From NCBI GenBank assembly GCA_033286805.1, contig GCA_033286805.1_4727.1: 64,000 nucleotides of DNA. One strand, 5' to 3'. Of this stretch, positions 38,630-49,004 are shown in pieces (the stretch's first letter is position 1; each line of letters opens with the position of its first letter). The position numbers and the translations under genes are program-made. This DNA comes from a phage. The notes beneath the pieces are model-generated. The model saw nothing but the letters and a program-made list of their open reading frames with translations, did not search any database and was not told the DNA's origin.

Positions 38630-39469
38630 TTGAAACAGGAATCTATCATGGAAAAAGTATTTGTTTGTAAGCTGTTTACCAACGGCAATAGCCAACCAAT
38701 GTACCTGACCGATCCAGTTCTAGGTAATCGGAACAGCACCGTATTCAAAGAAGCTTTCGAATACGCTAAAAATAAAGCCGTGAGAACACTGACGTCCGAT
38801 GACTGTATCAACGGTATCACGTGGGCGGAGTTATTCGGTGATGCTGTTAGACACTTCGTTCGGGACGCAAGAAAACGGGAAATCTGTCTCACGACTATCG
38901 TTGTGCGTGAAAATGCAGAAATTTTATCAAACGTTTTGGTTGATTTTAATGACGTTTGCGTGTTTAATCCAGAGAACACGTTTGAACAATATCTTACTGC
39001 CCTGAACAACCAGCTCGGTAAAGATATTCATCCCGAATTCGCCAAGTTAACATATCAGTTACTTTTTGACGACGTCGATCCAAATACGAAGATCGATACC
39101 AGCTTATCGCCCCTGGTAAAGAAATACGGATCGGTTCTCGCTACGGCAACACCCACCACCGATGGCGGTTATGATATCGAATTGGATGGTCCATTAAAAG
39201 AACAAGAGCCTACTGGGGTTAGGGCGGTACATCACAACCTCGTCGTTAAATCTGATGGGTGCGATGAACATTACGCTATGATAAACGATGAAAACAATTA
39301 CCGTTTAAGTCAAGCGATTGGTGTTCTACGCTATACCGAACCCACTGTTGTAGACGATTATACATCGACAACAACGCACACCACGTGTTTCATTTTCATC
39401 TATCCCAATGAAAGTGTGTACATTACTGACTGCTACGGCAATACCGTAGATAGCTTACGTCGTTACTAA
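38630..39469 (+). CDS. hypothetical protein (279 aa)
   Basis: Long ORF followed by a terminator. Confidence 0.55.
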   Translation: MKQESIMEKVFVCKLFTNGNSQPMYLTDPVLGNRNSTVFKEAFEYAKNKAVRTLTSDDCINGITWAELFGDAVRHFVRDARKREICLTTIVVRENAEILSNVLVDFNDVCVFNPENTFEQYLTALNNQLGKDIHPEFAKLTYQLLFDDVDPNTKIDTSLSPLVKKYGSVLATATPTTDGGYDIELDGPLKEQEPTGVRAVHHNLVVKSDGCDEHYAMINDENNYRLSQAIGVLRYTEPTVVDDYTSTTTHTTCFIFIYPNESVYITDCYGNTVDSLRRY

Positions 39470-39473
39470 TCGT

Positions 39474-39505
39474 CGAGCCTGTCCTTCGGGGCAGGCTTTT
39501 ATGCT
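39474..39505 (+). terminator. Intrinsic terminator (GCCTGTCC-TTCG-GGGCAGGC, then TTTTATG)
   Basis: 9-bp stem with UUCG tetraloop plus T-tract immediately after the stop at 39469. Confidence 0.7.
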
Positions 39506-39571
39506 GTTAAATATCAGGAATAAGAATTAACAAAATAGGAAAATGGTGTGAATATAACACAAAGGAGGGAG

Positions 39572-39694
39572 ATGATCATGTTACTCATTTTAATGGAGAG
39601 AGCATTGCTGGCGGGTATCTGCGCATTCTCTGTTAAACACGCTGTTGCTATCATGGCTGAAGAAAGGCGTAATACGCATAATGTATTACGCTGA
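39572..39694 (+). CDS. small hydrophobic peptide (40 aa), unannotated in the ORF track
   Basis: AAAGGAGGGAG directly before the ATG; translation MIMLLILMERALLAGICAFSVKHAVAIMAEERRNTHNVLR. Confidence 0.4.
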   Translation: MIMLLILMERALLAGICAFSVKHAVAIMAEERRNTHNVLR

Positions 39695-39804
39695 AAACAC
39701 TGTGTGCATTAGTGTATGACGAGAAATCGTCGAGGCCCCCGTCTTCACGAGGGCCAACACCTATGCATGATTATTCATCGTCTGTTAAACAAAAGGTTAT
39801 AAAC

Positions 39805-40113
39805 ATGAGCAATTTGAACGTTGAATTTACTTCAACAACGCCTGTCATGAATGGTGTTGGCACTGAAACCAAAATCGTATTAGAACCCATTCCAGGGTTA
39901 CGCGATCTCGGTGATTTTTATCCACTGATGCCGCGTATACGGAAGGCCTTAAACAGTATCGATCTTGATTCCAATAAAGATTTCCAACACGATACAGAAA
40001 ATACCGATCATGTATTGCTGCCATCAGGGATCGCAAAATTCACCTACACGCAAACATTGAAAGCCTCCGATGGTGAAATCCGTCGTTTTATCGTTGAAGT
40101 AGAAAGCGCATAA
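39805..40113 (+). CDS. hypothetical protein (about 102 aa)
   Basis: Start placed at ATG 39805 (MSNLNVEF...); ORF track begins at 39712. Confidence 0.45.
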   Translation: MSNLNVEFTSTTPVMNGVGTETKIVLEPIPGLRDLGDFYPLMPRIRKALNSIDLDSNKDFQHDTENTDHVLLPSGIAKFTYTQTLKASDGEIRRFIVEVESA

Positions 40114-40117
40114 AAAC

Positions 40118-40149
40118 CATCCTCCCAACCCGTAAGGGAAGGGAGGATG
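40118..40149. terminator. Conserved stem-loop family member (CATCCTCCC aa CCC GTAA GGG aa GGGAGGATG) between convergent genes
   Basis: 9-bp outer stem, A-A internal loop, inner CCC/GGG closed by GUAA (GNRA-type) tetraloop. Confidence 0.6.
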
Positions 40150-40166
40150 AAATATGCCGTTAAACG

Positions 40167-40808
40167 TTATTCAACAAACCCTGCATTCAACAGATTGTCG
40201 TAAACACGATTAGCGACATCAACAGGAGAATGTGTGTTACTGGTATCTATACGCAGCGTTTTCGCGTCGCCGAGATAGTCCATAAAATCCATGTAACGAT
40301 AACGTCGTTTATTGAATGTCGCTTCATCGATGTTATCAAACATCTGATGTTTAGCGTGACGAACACGGAACCGTCTTAAATACGTAGGATAGTCAATATC
40401 CAGATAAACATAGTAAGACGGCATGATAATCGACGGTAGGTTCGGCAACAACGCGTCAAACAGCTTAACGTTGGCATCATTAACCTGGTAAACATACGTC
40501 GAAGCAATCGAACGATCGCTAAGCACAGTTTTCCCTTCGTTAAGGGCTGGATGAATCACCTTGTTGAAGAGATGATTACGTTGCGACATCATCGCCAACA
40601 GCTCGGTTTCCGGATCGAATCTGTTTGTTGGTGTTTGGTCTTCCAGGATAAGTTTACGAATGGCTTCTCCGTAGAGAGTACCACCGGGTTCACGTACGAC
40701 ACAGACATTGTTTAAACGGCTGTGTAAAGACGAGATAACCGAACTCTTTCCTGAATAATCCAAACCTTCAATAACGATATACTTATTACGAGACATTCCC
40801 CGCTCCAA
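40167..40808 (-). CDS. tmk: thymidylate (dTMP) kinase
   Basis: KYIVIEGLDYSGKSS P-loop and REPGGT...GE.IR lid match E. coli Tmk (KYIVIEGLEGAGKTT...REPGGT); true start probably the internal MSRNKY. Confidence 0.8.
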   Translation of the reverse strand: MERGMSRNKYIVIEGLDYSGKSSVISSLHSRLNNVCVVREPGGTLYGEAIRKLILEDQTPTNRFDPETELLAMMSQRNHLFNKVIHPALNEGKTVLSDRSIASTYVYQVNDANVKLFDALLPNLPSIIMPSYYVYLDIDYPTYLRRFRVRHAKHQMFDNIDEATFNKRRYRYMDFMDYLGDAKTLRIDTSNTHSPVDVANRVYDNLLNAGFVE

Positions 40809-40812
40809 TTAA

Positions 40813-41988
40813 CTACTTCGTTTTTGCTGCCAACGGCTGCGATACTGTAATCTCTACCCGATTCTCATCGGTACGTTTAACGATGATAAGGCTGCGTTCA
40901 TCACCGAATGGTTCTGAGATCTTACAAGCCTCTTTAAGATTTTCGAGAATCGAGCCATGGGGTTCAAACACCGCAAAACCGGAACTAGCGTCGATTCTTA
41001 CTAAATATACACGCACATCGTTTACGGTAATGGTGTCATCCGTCTTGAACCCACAGCAGGAGGGTAGATGGAACTGGCCGGGAATACCGGCTACGTATGC
41101 CTCACCACCGAACATTTCTATTAACGTCACCGGTTTAAATGTTTTCTCTGGGAAAGCATTATTAAGAATATCGTTTCCATTCACAAACCAGATCGTTACT
41201 TTATCTTCAGAATACGCTAGTCGGTATGGTTGAGTTGCGGACGCTTGCGCTTTATGCTGGTTAAATAACTTTGATTTTGTCGCAATCACAGCACGGCCTT
41301 GGGCGTCAAAGTACAGAACTTCATACCCAACACATCCGATAAACACGCGACGGTTATTAAGTTCAGGGATTCTGACTACTAACGCATTACCATCTTCCGT
41401 CGGTGTAATACCCCGCAGGATAATCGATTCGTTATTCAATACTGAGTTGTCCACAACGATGCTTCGCATTACCGCTGGGGTTACTGTTTTATCTGCGGTG
41501 GGTTCAGGTTGCTCAGCAATGCGGTCAAAAGGTTCGATGGATACCATGGGAACGAAGTATTCAACGATATGCTTGTTTTCAGCACCAACGTCCATGACGG
41601 TGATCTGCAAACGCGTAGCATCCGAATTCAATGCTTGTTTCACACGTTCTGCATTAGGAGTATCACGGTCAATATGAATCAAGGCTTTTACCACACCGTC
41701 GTCTTCCAACCATCCCGTTAAAACGCGACCGACGATATCATTCACGTCACGAATCGGGAAGCACAGTTCAGCGCCATCGAGCACCGCTTCGATTTTACTG
41801 CTAATGACGGGCACCTTACCGTCGTTAAGATGCGCCAGCAGACCGGTTACTGCACCTTCACTAACCGGATGTTTTGTCGTCGTACTGACCAACGGTACGA
41901 TAAAACGATCTTCGCTGTATTTCTCGACACCACAGATAACCGGGACTTGAGGGCATTGATCAACCAGCCCCCATTCAACAGTATTCAT
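40813..41988 (-). CDS. hypothetical protein (391 aa)
   Basis: Long ORF. Confidence 0.5.
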   Translation of the reverse strand: MNTVEWGLVDQCPQVPVICGVEKYSEDRFIVPLVSTTTKHPVSEGAVTGLLAHLNDGKVPVISSKIEAVLDGAELCFPIRDVNDIVGRVLTGWLEDDGVVKALIHIDRDTPNAERVKQALNSDATRLQITVMDVGAENKHIVEYFVPMVSIEPFDRIAEQPEPTADKTVTPAVMRSIVVDNSVLNNESIILRGITPTEDGNALVVRIPELNNRRVFIGCVGYEVLYFDAQGRAVIATKSKLFNQHKAQASATQPYRLAYSEDKVTIWFVNGNDILNNAFPEKTFKPVTLIEMFGGEAYVAGIPGQFHLPSCCGFKTDDTITVNDVRVYLVRIDASSGFAVFEPHGSILENLKEACKISEPFGDERSLIIVKRTDENRVEITVSQPLAAKTK

Positions 41989-42024
41989 AACGTTTTTTTT
42001 CCTTCTTGGGTTTTGTACGAGTTG

Positions 42025-42666
42025 CTAACGGCGTTTTGTACCGACCTTCCCATTTCGATGGTCATCAAGAATACGCCATTCTTCGAACAGGAGTTCAGCG
42101 GCGAAATAACCGACGGCGATGCTGTCTATCGCATGCTCATCAAGATTCGCTAACACAACACCGTTTCTGGGTGTGATGTTCATGAGGTTCAACACTTTCT
42201 GGCGAACATCGTCCTTACCAACACGGGACGTCATAATCCCAACAGCGCGTTTTGCGCTTCGGTTATCAACCCCTAAGAAAGACACCGTAGGGTCAAAATC
42301 GATAACCGTTGTCTGAATCGCTGAAAACAGCTCGCTGAGCGCCATACCGCTTTGCTTGAAACGACCGATGAATGGTGTCTCACAAGCAACCGCTTGCGGC
42401 TGGTACTCTTGCAATAACGTTGTCAGCGAACGACGGTGTTCTTGGATACGTGCGGCACGATTACCGTATCCAAGCGCAATATCACCATCGGGATCATATC
42501 GACGTGAAGCGTGCCATGTCCCTGCATACAGCAGTTCAATATCTTCGACACGCACGTCCAAACGTAGTAACGACGCACCGAGCGTATCGGTGCCAGGGTC
42601 GATTGCCAGAATATCGTAAGCGTATTCTGGTGGGATCATGGTGTTACAACAGCCTCTACTGACCAT
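42025..42666 (-). CDS. RuvC-like Holliday junction resolvase (RNase H-fold nuclease)
   Basis: ILAIDPGTDTLG, ACETPF and DEHAIDSIAVGY correspond to the RuvC IDPGS...E...D..DA.AIA acidic catalytic motifs. Confidence 0.65.
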   Translation of the reverse strand: MVSRGCCNTMIPPEYAYDILAIDPGTDTLGASLLRLDVRVEDIELLYAGTWHASRRYDPDGDIALGYGNRAARIQEHRRSLTTLLQEYQPQAVACETPFIGRFKQSGMALSELFSAIQTTVIDFDPTVSFLGVDNRSAKRAVGIMTSRVGKDDVRQKVLNLMNITPRNGVVLANLDEHAIDSIAVGYFAAELLFEEWRILDDHRNGKVGTKRR

Positions 42667-43454
42667 GGGAAGGTTTTCGCAACAACACCTTCCAGGAAGC
42701 GTTCAACTTCCGATTGCTCATACACCGAAAGCTTTTCGAACGGCGTTTGGTCTTCGGTTAAACCTACCGCATGAATAGGACCCAGGTCTTTAACCAGGGT
42801 GACTTCACCTTTAACGCCTTCACGTTTAACGATAACGGCGTGGTCATTAACCTTGGGATCGTACAGCACGCGCATCATGGTTACTGCATCATCCGGTTCA
42901 TAACCGAAATCGATGGCAACACGAGCATTCGTCCCTTCATCATCCAGAAGCTTGCTCAGCGCTTTACAACGGTCTTCAATCCAATCCAACGCGACCACGG
43001 TTTCTTGGCGTAGCTGAACCTCAACCTCTTTTCCTTGTTCGTCGATACGTTTCACGGTAACAAAATCGTGTAATAAACGGTCAGGAAGGAGAGAAGCAAT
43101 AAGCTCAACGTCGGGTTCAGGTTTTTCGTTTTCCAGAATGATGGTCGCTTGTGCGTCCAGATGTTCTTTAAAACGGATGTAGCGTGTTAATCGCAGAACT
43201 TCGTCTTGGGATTTTGCGTCTTCGGGAATAATCTCCGTCATGACGTTATAGATCTTTTCAGCGAACGTCGGAATTACGGTGATTGTAATTCGTGCTGGCG
43301 TGCCACGCTCCTGGTACTCATCGGCTAATTTCTTCGCCATCCCGTTAAAGTAGGTTTGGAGAAACGGTTGCTGCGTTAGAAACATTTTCTCCAGATCGGA
43401 ATAGCGATGCTTGCGTGCATGGCCTAGCTTCTTCATGGGTTTTTTCATCAACAT
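42636..43454 (-). CDS. hypothetical protein (272 aa)
   Basis: Long ORF; no phosphoesterase motifs seen, so not an obvious SbcD/Mre11. Confidence 0.5.
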   Translation of the reverse strand: MLMKKPMKKLGHARKHRYSDLEKMFLTQQPFLQTYFNGMAKKLADEYQERGTPARITITVIPTFAEKIYNVMTEIIPEDAKSQDEVLRLTRYIRFKEHLDAQATIILENEKPEPDVELIASLLPDRLLHDFVTVKRIDEQGKEVEVQLRQETVVALDWIEDRCKALSKLLDDEGTNARVAIDFGYEPDDAVTMMRVLYDPKVNDHAVIVKREGVKGEVTLVKDLGPIHAVGLTEDQTPFEKLSVYEQSEVERFLEGVVAKTFPWSVEAVVTP

Positions 43455-43469
43455 AAATCCTTATTTATC

Positions 43470-45926
43470 TTAAATAATCGTGACGTGTTCGTTATACGTT
43501 TCAGGGAGGATGATGTTCGTTTTATCAAGAACCATACACTCGGCTTTACGGAATGATGCATGGTTGATCACATAGTGACTGATGAACCACACCTGGCTTA
43601 CGCGGTGGCCATCAACCAGACGACGAACAAAATCCATGGCATTAGATTGGTGTTGCGGATCAAATGTTGATGCGAATTCATCTAACATCAACGGATAATC
43701 CGTAAACCCTTTGTAATGCATCATCGCGATGATAAACGCGATATTGATAATTTCCTTTTGCCCCTTACTCCCATAAACAATATCTTTTCGCGGTGTCGGA
43801 TACTTCTCAGTTAAAAGCGGAAAACGATAGTTCAATCCTTGCGCGTCGATAGCACACGGGAGTATCTGAAGTTGGTATTCCCAAATACTCGCAATGATGC
43901 CGTTCATGTACTCAACGAACGCGTTGATGGGACCCGCAATTGTTTCGGCAATCAGTCCGTTGGATGGACTCAACTCATCCAGAACAAGTTGTGCGTAACT
44001 GAGCTGTTCTTCCACCTCTTTTTGTGTCGTTTCCAACTGAGCCAGAAGCTGCTGGTCGGTTTTAGCTTCCTGTAACTGCTGTTCGACATGGCTTATTCGG
44101 CGAACCGTATCAGACATCGCAGCACGTAACGATTTCGTGTAGAGGTGTTGCAGATACTCTAACCACAGTTGCGTTAACGCTTTATCGCTGTTATCAGAAC
44201 GCACCTGATCTTCCATAATCGCCGTAATGGTTTCCAATCTACCTTCCGTAGCTGTGATGGCTTGTGTTAACCGCTCAACGGTTGTTAACAACTCTGTCCT
44301 GTTCTTATAAAGCAATTCTCGACGTTGCTGTAACGGTTCAACATCAACCGCTTGTACCCGTTCGAGCATGCCTTGAAGATGCTTCCGTTCCTGTTCGGCT
44401 TGTGTGTAACGCGCAAGTTTCTCAAACGCAAGCAACCAATCGTTAATGATTCCAATGCTGCGGAATCCTAAACCGTTTTTACGTCCTTCTTCCAGCAGAT
44501 TGTCCCACATGGGTTTAATGGCGTAATAATCCTTCGTCCAACGTGTTAACTGACGATGCTGTTCCATCCAGAGCGTATAGCGCTGAACCTTCTCACTAAG
44601 CTCAGCTAACGATTTCTCTTGTTCTTCAACCCAAGCACGACCCTTCTGAATACGTTGTTCAATACCCGCTTTGCTGGTCTTTTCTGTTTCACCAACGTGA
44701 AAGCGATAATTGCATTTTGGACAGCTGGTCTGGGGTTGGTGGTTAAGGTGGTCGAGGTGCGCTTCTAAATCGGCTAACGCATGTTTCGCGTTACGCAAAC
44801 GCATTCTTGCCGCCTCTTCCTCCTTGATGTAAGCTTCAGCATCGTAAACATGATAGGTGTTGTCGGTATCAATCCATTCTTGCAATAGTTCTGTTAACGG
44901 AGCCTGAACTTGCGTGAGCTGTTGTAAACAAACCGCGGCGTCCAGATTCATTGTTAAAAGCTCACCTGGATGATCTTGCTGAAGTTGTTCGTCCAAACAG
45001 GCAAGGCGGGCTTTAATTTGATCAATATCACCTTCTCCAGACTGTTTCAACTGGTCAAGGATATTATCGATACCCAACAGCTCGTCAACCTGACTTTCGA
45101 GTTTCGCATTCGCATTCGCGAGTTGCTCTCTTAGTTCAGCCAGATTCCGCTGTTCTTGTTGCGATGTTCCTCCTTGGTAACGAACAACAGCACGAAGAAG
45201 CTCACGATTAAAATGATGGGCGCGTTGTGCGGATTCCAGAAGCTGTCGTTGATCAACATCGCTATCGAATAACGGCAATCCCATCATCGCTTCGAGCGCT
45301 GAGCGTTGCTGTTTTAACTCTGCTTCCAATCCCTGATGGTCGGTGCCGGTGTATTTCGCTTCAATGCGTTGTGATGTTTCAACCAACTTATTCAGCGTAT
45401 GCTCATTCACCGCTTTCAGTGAACGTACTTGTTGCTTAACCACCTGAAACAACTCAAGCGCATAATCGACGTTAACCGGACATATCTGCGTTAATCGTTC
45501 GCGACGTTTCATCGGTCCCATTTCGGTGAACTGATAAGCCGTTTCGTAACCTAACAACAAACGAATAGTGTCATCATTAAGTTCGAAATGTTCTTCAATC
45601 AGTTTCCACTGAGCGGGTTGTGTACCACCACCATTCAGGTTCTCGCTGTCGTTAACGTAGAACTCATGCTTAAACCCTTTTTCTAAACGACTGATAAGAC
45701 GGTATTGCTTATTACGGTGTTCGCAGCGGTACTCGTAATACCCGTCTTTATCAAAATCGGCACGCTCAGGAACGGTTGGATACAGCAAAGGCAATAGACT
45801 ACTCTTACCCGAACCGTTGCTGCCTAAAATGAGTTGTACGGGATTATCTGGCCGGATGACCAGCTCCCGAATCATCCCGGTATCAAAACGATTGAATCCA
45901 CGTAAGTGGAGATAGGTGCATCGCAT
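43470..45926 (-). CDS. Rad50/SbcC-like SMC-family ATPase
   Basis: N-terminal Walker A LILGSNGSGKSSLL, long coiled-coil-like middle with CPKCNYRF zinc-hook-like motif, C-terminal LMLDEFAS Walker B/D-loop; start placed at ATG 45926 (ORF track begins at 45989). Confidence 0.7.
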   Translation of the reverse strand: MRCTYLHLRGFNRFDTGMIRELVIRPDNPVQLILGSNGSGKSSLLPLLYPTVPERADFDKDGYYEYRCEHRNKQYRLISRLEKGFKHEFYVNDSENLNGGGTQPAQWKLIEEHFELNDDTIRLLLGYETAYQFTEMGPMKRRERLTQICPVNVDYALELFQVVKQQVRSLKAVNEHTLNKLVETSQRIEAKYTGTDHQGLEAELKQQRSALEAMMGLPLFDSDVDQRQLLESAQRAHHFNRELLRAVVRYQGGTSQQEQRNLAELREQLANANAKLESQVDELLGIDNILDQLKQSGEGDIDQIKARLACLDEQLQQDHPGELLTMNLDAAVCLQQLTQVQAPLTELLQEWIDTDNTYHVYDAEAYIKEEEAARMRLRNAKHALADLEAHLDHLNHQPQTSCPKCNYRFHVGETEKTSKAGIEQRIQKGRAWVEEQEKSLAELSEKVQRYTLWMEQHRQLTRWTKDYYAIKPMWDNLLEEGRKNGLGFRSIGIINDWLLAFEKLARYTQAEQERKHLQGMLERVQAVDVEPLQQRRELLYKNRTELLTTVERLTQAITATEGRLETITAIMEDQVRSDNSDKALTQLWLEYLQHLYTKSLRAAMSDTVRRISHVEQQLQEAKTDQQLLAQLETTQKEVEEQLSYAQLVLDELSPSNGLIAETIAGPINAFVEYMNGIIASIWEYQLQILPCAIDAQGLNYRFPLLTEKYPTPRKDIVYGSKGQKEIINIAFIIAMMHYKGFTDYPLMLDEFASTFDPQHQSNAMDFVRRLVDGHRVSQVWFISHYVINHASFRKAECMVLDKTNIILPETYNEHVTII

Positions 45927-46040
45927 GCTATGATAATCCTTCTTCGATACCTTCTGAACCCGTGGTTCAGAATGCGAAGCTGAAGCCATACTTCAGCGTT
46001 ATTTTCTATATCGTTATTTAAATCAGTAGGAGATTACAGC

Positions 46041-47129
46041 ATGAGCGACCTGGCAACAGACAATCGCACAAAAGGGAGTCAGCTAGCTCCAGACAACAAC
46101 GTAAGCGTTTTCCGTATCTTTGCCTTGGGTACTGTTGCTGCCGACTTTTCCAATAAAAGTCTGGAGGAAGATCCTAACCAAACGCTGGAGGTCTTTCTTG
46201 ATGAGATGATGTCAGGCGCTGATGGGAAAGTTGAAGCGGCGGGAAGCGTTAAAGAAGTCAGTGCAACAGACGCTCAAGGAAACAGCTATACGGCGAAAGC
46301 GGCAACAACAACCAGCGTACAGTGTTACTGGTTACCCTTCGGCAGTAACCGGATGACAGCACCTAACTTGAGGAAAGGTCAGCGTGTGGTGGTTTGGCGT
46401 ACCGCCGATGAAGAACAGCTCTACTGGCAACCCAAAGGAGGGGATAGCGAGCTGATGACCATGGAATCGGTTATCCTCACCGTCAGCGCACGTCCTAGCG
46501 CTAAGAAGGACCGTAAATCGATTTCAACGGAAGACTGCTATTACCTAATGGTTGATACCTTCCTCAAGAAGGCGGTTATCGGCACCAGCGCACAGCTTGG
46601 TGAAGTTACCCAAGTTTACATGGAACTTAATCTGGACGAGGGTTACCTACAGGTTGCGGACAGCGTCCATCAAAATCTGCTGTTACTCCATTTCGTTGAA
46701 CATATGCTGCGTTATCAAAACCAGGATGACAGCATCATCGACGTGACAAAAAAGAACATCACATTCCAGTGCGAGGATACGCTCAAAGCAATCGCTAAGA
46801 ACGATATCCGAATGAAAGCAAAAAACATTTATACCGAATGTGAGAACTTCGAGCGTACCAGCAAAACAGAAAGCGTTACGAGTCAGAATGTTTCTTTGAA
46901 GTGTGATCGTTACACCGCGCAAGTATCAGGACAGACCATGTTTAAATGTCCGAATACGGTATTCACTGGGGCTGTAAGCTTCACAGGTGAAGACGGAAAC
47001 ACGATGACGTTGAATGGGAACTTCATACACGTCGCAGGCTCTTGGCGTTCACCAACCGGAACAAACGTATACACCCACGATCACGGCGGTGTAGACCGTG
47101 GCAGCGGTCGTACAGATCCGTTCCAATAA
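46041..47129 (+). CDS. hypothetical protein (362 aa)
   Basis: Long ORF with AGGAG RBS, followed by a hairpin. Confidence 0.55.
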   Translation: MSDLATDNRTKGSQLAPDNNVSVFRIFALGTVAADFSNKSLEEDPNQTLEVFLDEMMSGADGKVEAAGSVKEVSATDAQGNSYTAKAATTTSVQCYWLPFGSNRMTAPNLRKGQRVVVWRTADEEQLYWQPKGGDSELMTMESVILTVSARPSAKKDRKSISTEDCYYLMVDTFLKKAVIGTSAQLGEVTQVYMELNLDEGYLQVADSVHQNLLLLHFVEHMLRYQNQDDSIIDVTKKNITFQCEDTLKAIAKNDIRMKAKNIYTECENFERTSKTESVTSQNVSLKCDRYTAQVSGQTMFKCPNTVFTGAVSFTGEDGNTMTLNGNFIHVAGSWRSPTGTNVYTHDHGGVDRGSGRTDPFQ

Positions 47130-47149
47130 AAAAAAGAAATGCTATACAA

Positions 47150-47184
47150 CCTCCTTCCCTAGCCGTCAAGGCCGGGGAAGGAGG
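47150..47184. terminator. Bidirectional stem-loop (CCTCCTTCCC...GGGAAGGAGG, loop tagccgtcaaggcc), near-identical to 14-50
   Basis: Perfect 10-bp arms; A-run on the left and T-rich on the right give U-tracts on both strands. Confidence 0.6.
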
Positions 47185-47199
47185 ATTATAGTTTATTTA

Positions 47200-47637
47200 T
47201 TAACGCGTTGCATTCTGGATGATTTCTTTTCCGATCTTAACCAAAGCGGGTATCTGTACAGCGGTTGCGCCTCGATGACGAAACGCGGTCGTTAACGCGG
47301 TATCGATACTCACCGCACGTCCGTGAAGACGATCGAAATAGACTTGAGTGATTGCGGTAGCGTAATCCTTTCGCTGTTTCTTGGTTTGGCTCAACAGCGC
47401 CGCACTATGACTAACGATGAAGTAAGCGATTAAGAAGAACGCCGCTGACCGCGAACCAGGTAGAAAACCTTGTCGCTTAGGGAGCATCTCACAATCGCGA
47501 ACACTATTATCGTTCGCCAGCTCTTCCATATCAACACAGCATAATTTTGCATAGGTGTGGAGATAGTGGGTAAAAGTTGAATTTAACATTTTTCTTTCCT
47601 CGATTACAATGAGTTCAATGTATAGCTTAAACGTCAC
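47200..47637 (-). CDS. hypothetical protein (145 aa)
   Basis: ORF, last gene of a minus-strand small-gene operon. Confidence 0.45.
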   Translation of the reverse strand: MTFKLYIELIVIEERKMLNSTFTHYLHTYAKLCCVDMEELANDNSVRDCEMLPKRQGFLPGSRSAAFFLIAYFIVSHSAALLSQTKKQRKDYATAITQVYFDRLHGRAVSIDTALTTAFRHRGATAVQIPALVKIGKEIIQNATR

Positions 47638-47695
47638 AGAACGACGTATAACGGTTTGTTTTAATTTCTAATGGGTTTCCTTATCTAAGATTGAA

Positions 47696-48058
47696 TTAAA
47701 GCGCTCTGAAGAGTTCTGTAGCGTTCTCGTCACGTAAACAGGCTTCGTTCAACAATTCAGCTAACAGCTTCGACCGAACTTCAACAAATGTCCTGAGGCG
47801 ATGCTCCCATTCTAAACGGATAGTGTACGTATTATCCAGGTTTTTGTAATCAACGACAGATACCGAGCAGCGGGGTTCACGTTTGTTCACAGCACTCCAA
47901 ACATCACGGATAACCGTCACGCCTTTCTTGGTGCATGTAAACGTTAAAATACAGCGGTTATTCGCAGCTTCTTCACGGACGCCAACAAATTCACTTCGTA
48001 ACGATGAGACTTTGATCAGTCGGTCAATGGCGAGCGATAAACCGATACGTTGTTGCAT
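47696..48058 (-). CDS. hypothetical protein (120 aa)
   Basis: ORF. Confidence 0.45.
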   Translation of the reverse strand: MQQRIGLSLAIDRLIKVSSLRSEFVGVREEAANNRCILTFTCTKKGVTVIRDVWSAVNKREPRCSVSVVDYKNLDNTYTIRLEWEHRLRTFVEVRSKLLAELLNEACLRDENATELFRAL

Positions 48059-48059
48059 A

Positions 48060-48488
48060 TCAAATCCCCTCTTTCAGAATCTCATTGAGGCTATTAGCAA
48101 CCGCATCTAACTTCGTGCTGATTACTTTTGGTGTCAATCCGTATATTTTCCAAACTATCTGTGGTTGACGTATTCCATTTGTCTGACAATACATCTCGAT
48201 CGACAACACCATATCGTCGGTGAACGTCGTGCTTTCGCAACAACGAAGATAGGCAGCCTCAAGCAACGTCTTTCCTAACGTGGTACACACAAAAGTCAAT
48301 CGAACGCAACGCATAGACAACGTGTTCGCATTCATTGATGCTGAGATCGGCTGAATGTGTTCACGCAGTTTTTCGTCTTCACGTAAAAGTGATAGGGTGC
48401 GATGTAAGCTGGTGTGCTGAGCAACCAGTGAATGATAAAGACCAACGCGCGCTGCAGTTACTGCTGATTCGGGCCATTTAATTTTCAT
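48060..48488 (-). CDS. hypothetical protein (142 aa)
   Basis: ORF. Confidence 0.45.
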   Translation of the reverse strand: MKIKWPESAVTAARVGLYHSLVAQHTSLHRTLSLLREDEKLREHIQPISASMNANTLSMRCVRLTFVCTTLGKTLLEAAYLRCCESTTFTDDMVLSIEMYCQTNGIRQPQIVWKIYGLTPKVISTKLDAVANSLNEILKEGI

Positions 48489-48503
48489 GTTCGATTCCTC
48501 GTA

Positions 48504-48947
48504 TTAACACTGTGTTCCATTCGATAAGCGGGTGGTATCAAAACGATCCAGTTGGTGTACAATGCTATTAGCAACACGATGCAAATAGTGTATTTTGTCC
48601 ATTCGTGAAATCGCAGAAATCGTCCAGCAAGCCTCTGACGTCCAATAGGTGCCGTCTTCACTAAGGCTAACGTTATAAACTAACTTCGTCATCACATTTC
48701 TCGCCTTATGCTCAGCAGACCAGAATATGTTTTCTAACACATCCTTCCCCGTTTGTGAAAACACGAACCCAAGCTTCACGTCGAAGTCGGATGCTTCAAG
48801 ATTAACGCAGTGAAGATGATTCTCTAACGGCGCAAAAGAGGCTAAACGTTCCAGCGCGTTTTGCAGTGTGGGATGATCGAGCTTTTCGAGATCATCCACA
48901 GGTTGTTCAGGTACAATCGCGATCGATTTACAGAATTTAATTTCCAT
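48504..48947 (-). CDS. hypothetical protein (147 aa)
   Basis: ORF with AGAGGA RBS; palindrome 31 nt upstream. Confidence 0.5.
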   Translation of the reverse strand: MEIKFCKSIAIVPEQPVDDLEKLDHPTLQNALERLASFAPLENHLHCVNLEASDFDVKLGFVFSQTGKDVLENIFWSAEHKARNVMTKLVYNVSLSEDGTYWTSEACWTISAISRMDKIHYLHRVANSIVHQLDRFDTTRLSNGTQC

Positions 48948-48977
48948 GGTAGGTTCCTCTTGATAGATGGTAGTAAC

Positions 48978-48997
48978 GGGGATACCGCGGTATCCCC
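48978..48997. promoter_or_regulatory. Perfect 20-bp palindrome GGGGATACC-GC-GGTATCCCC
   Basis: Read directly; related GGATACCC-TG-GGGTATCC at 62562-62579, both about 31-33 nt upstream of a minus-strand start codon. Confidence 0.45.
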
Positions 48998-49004
48998 TAA
49001 GTCT

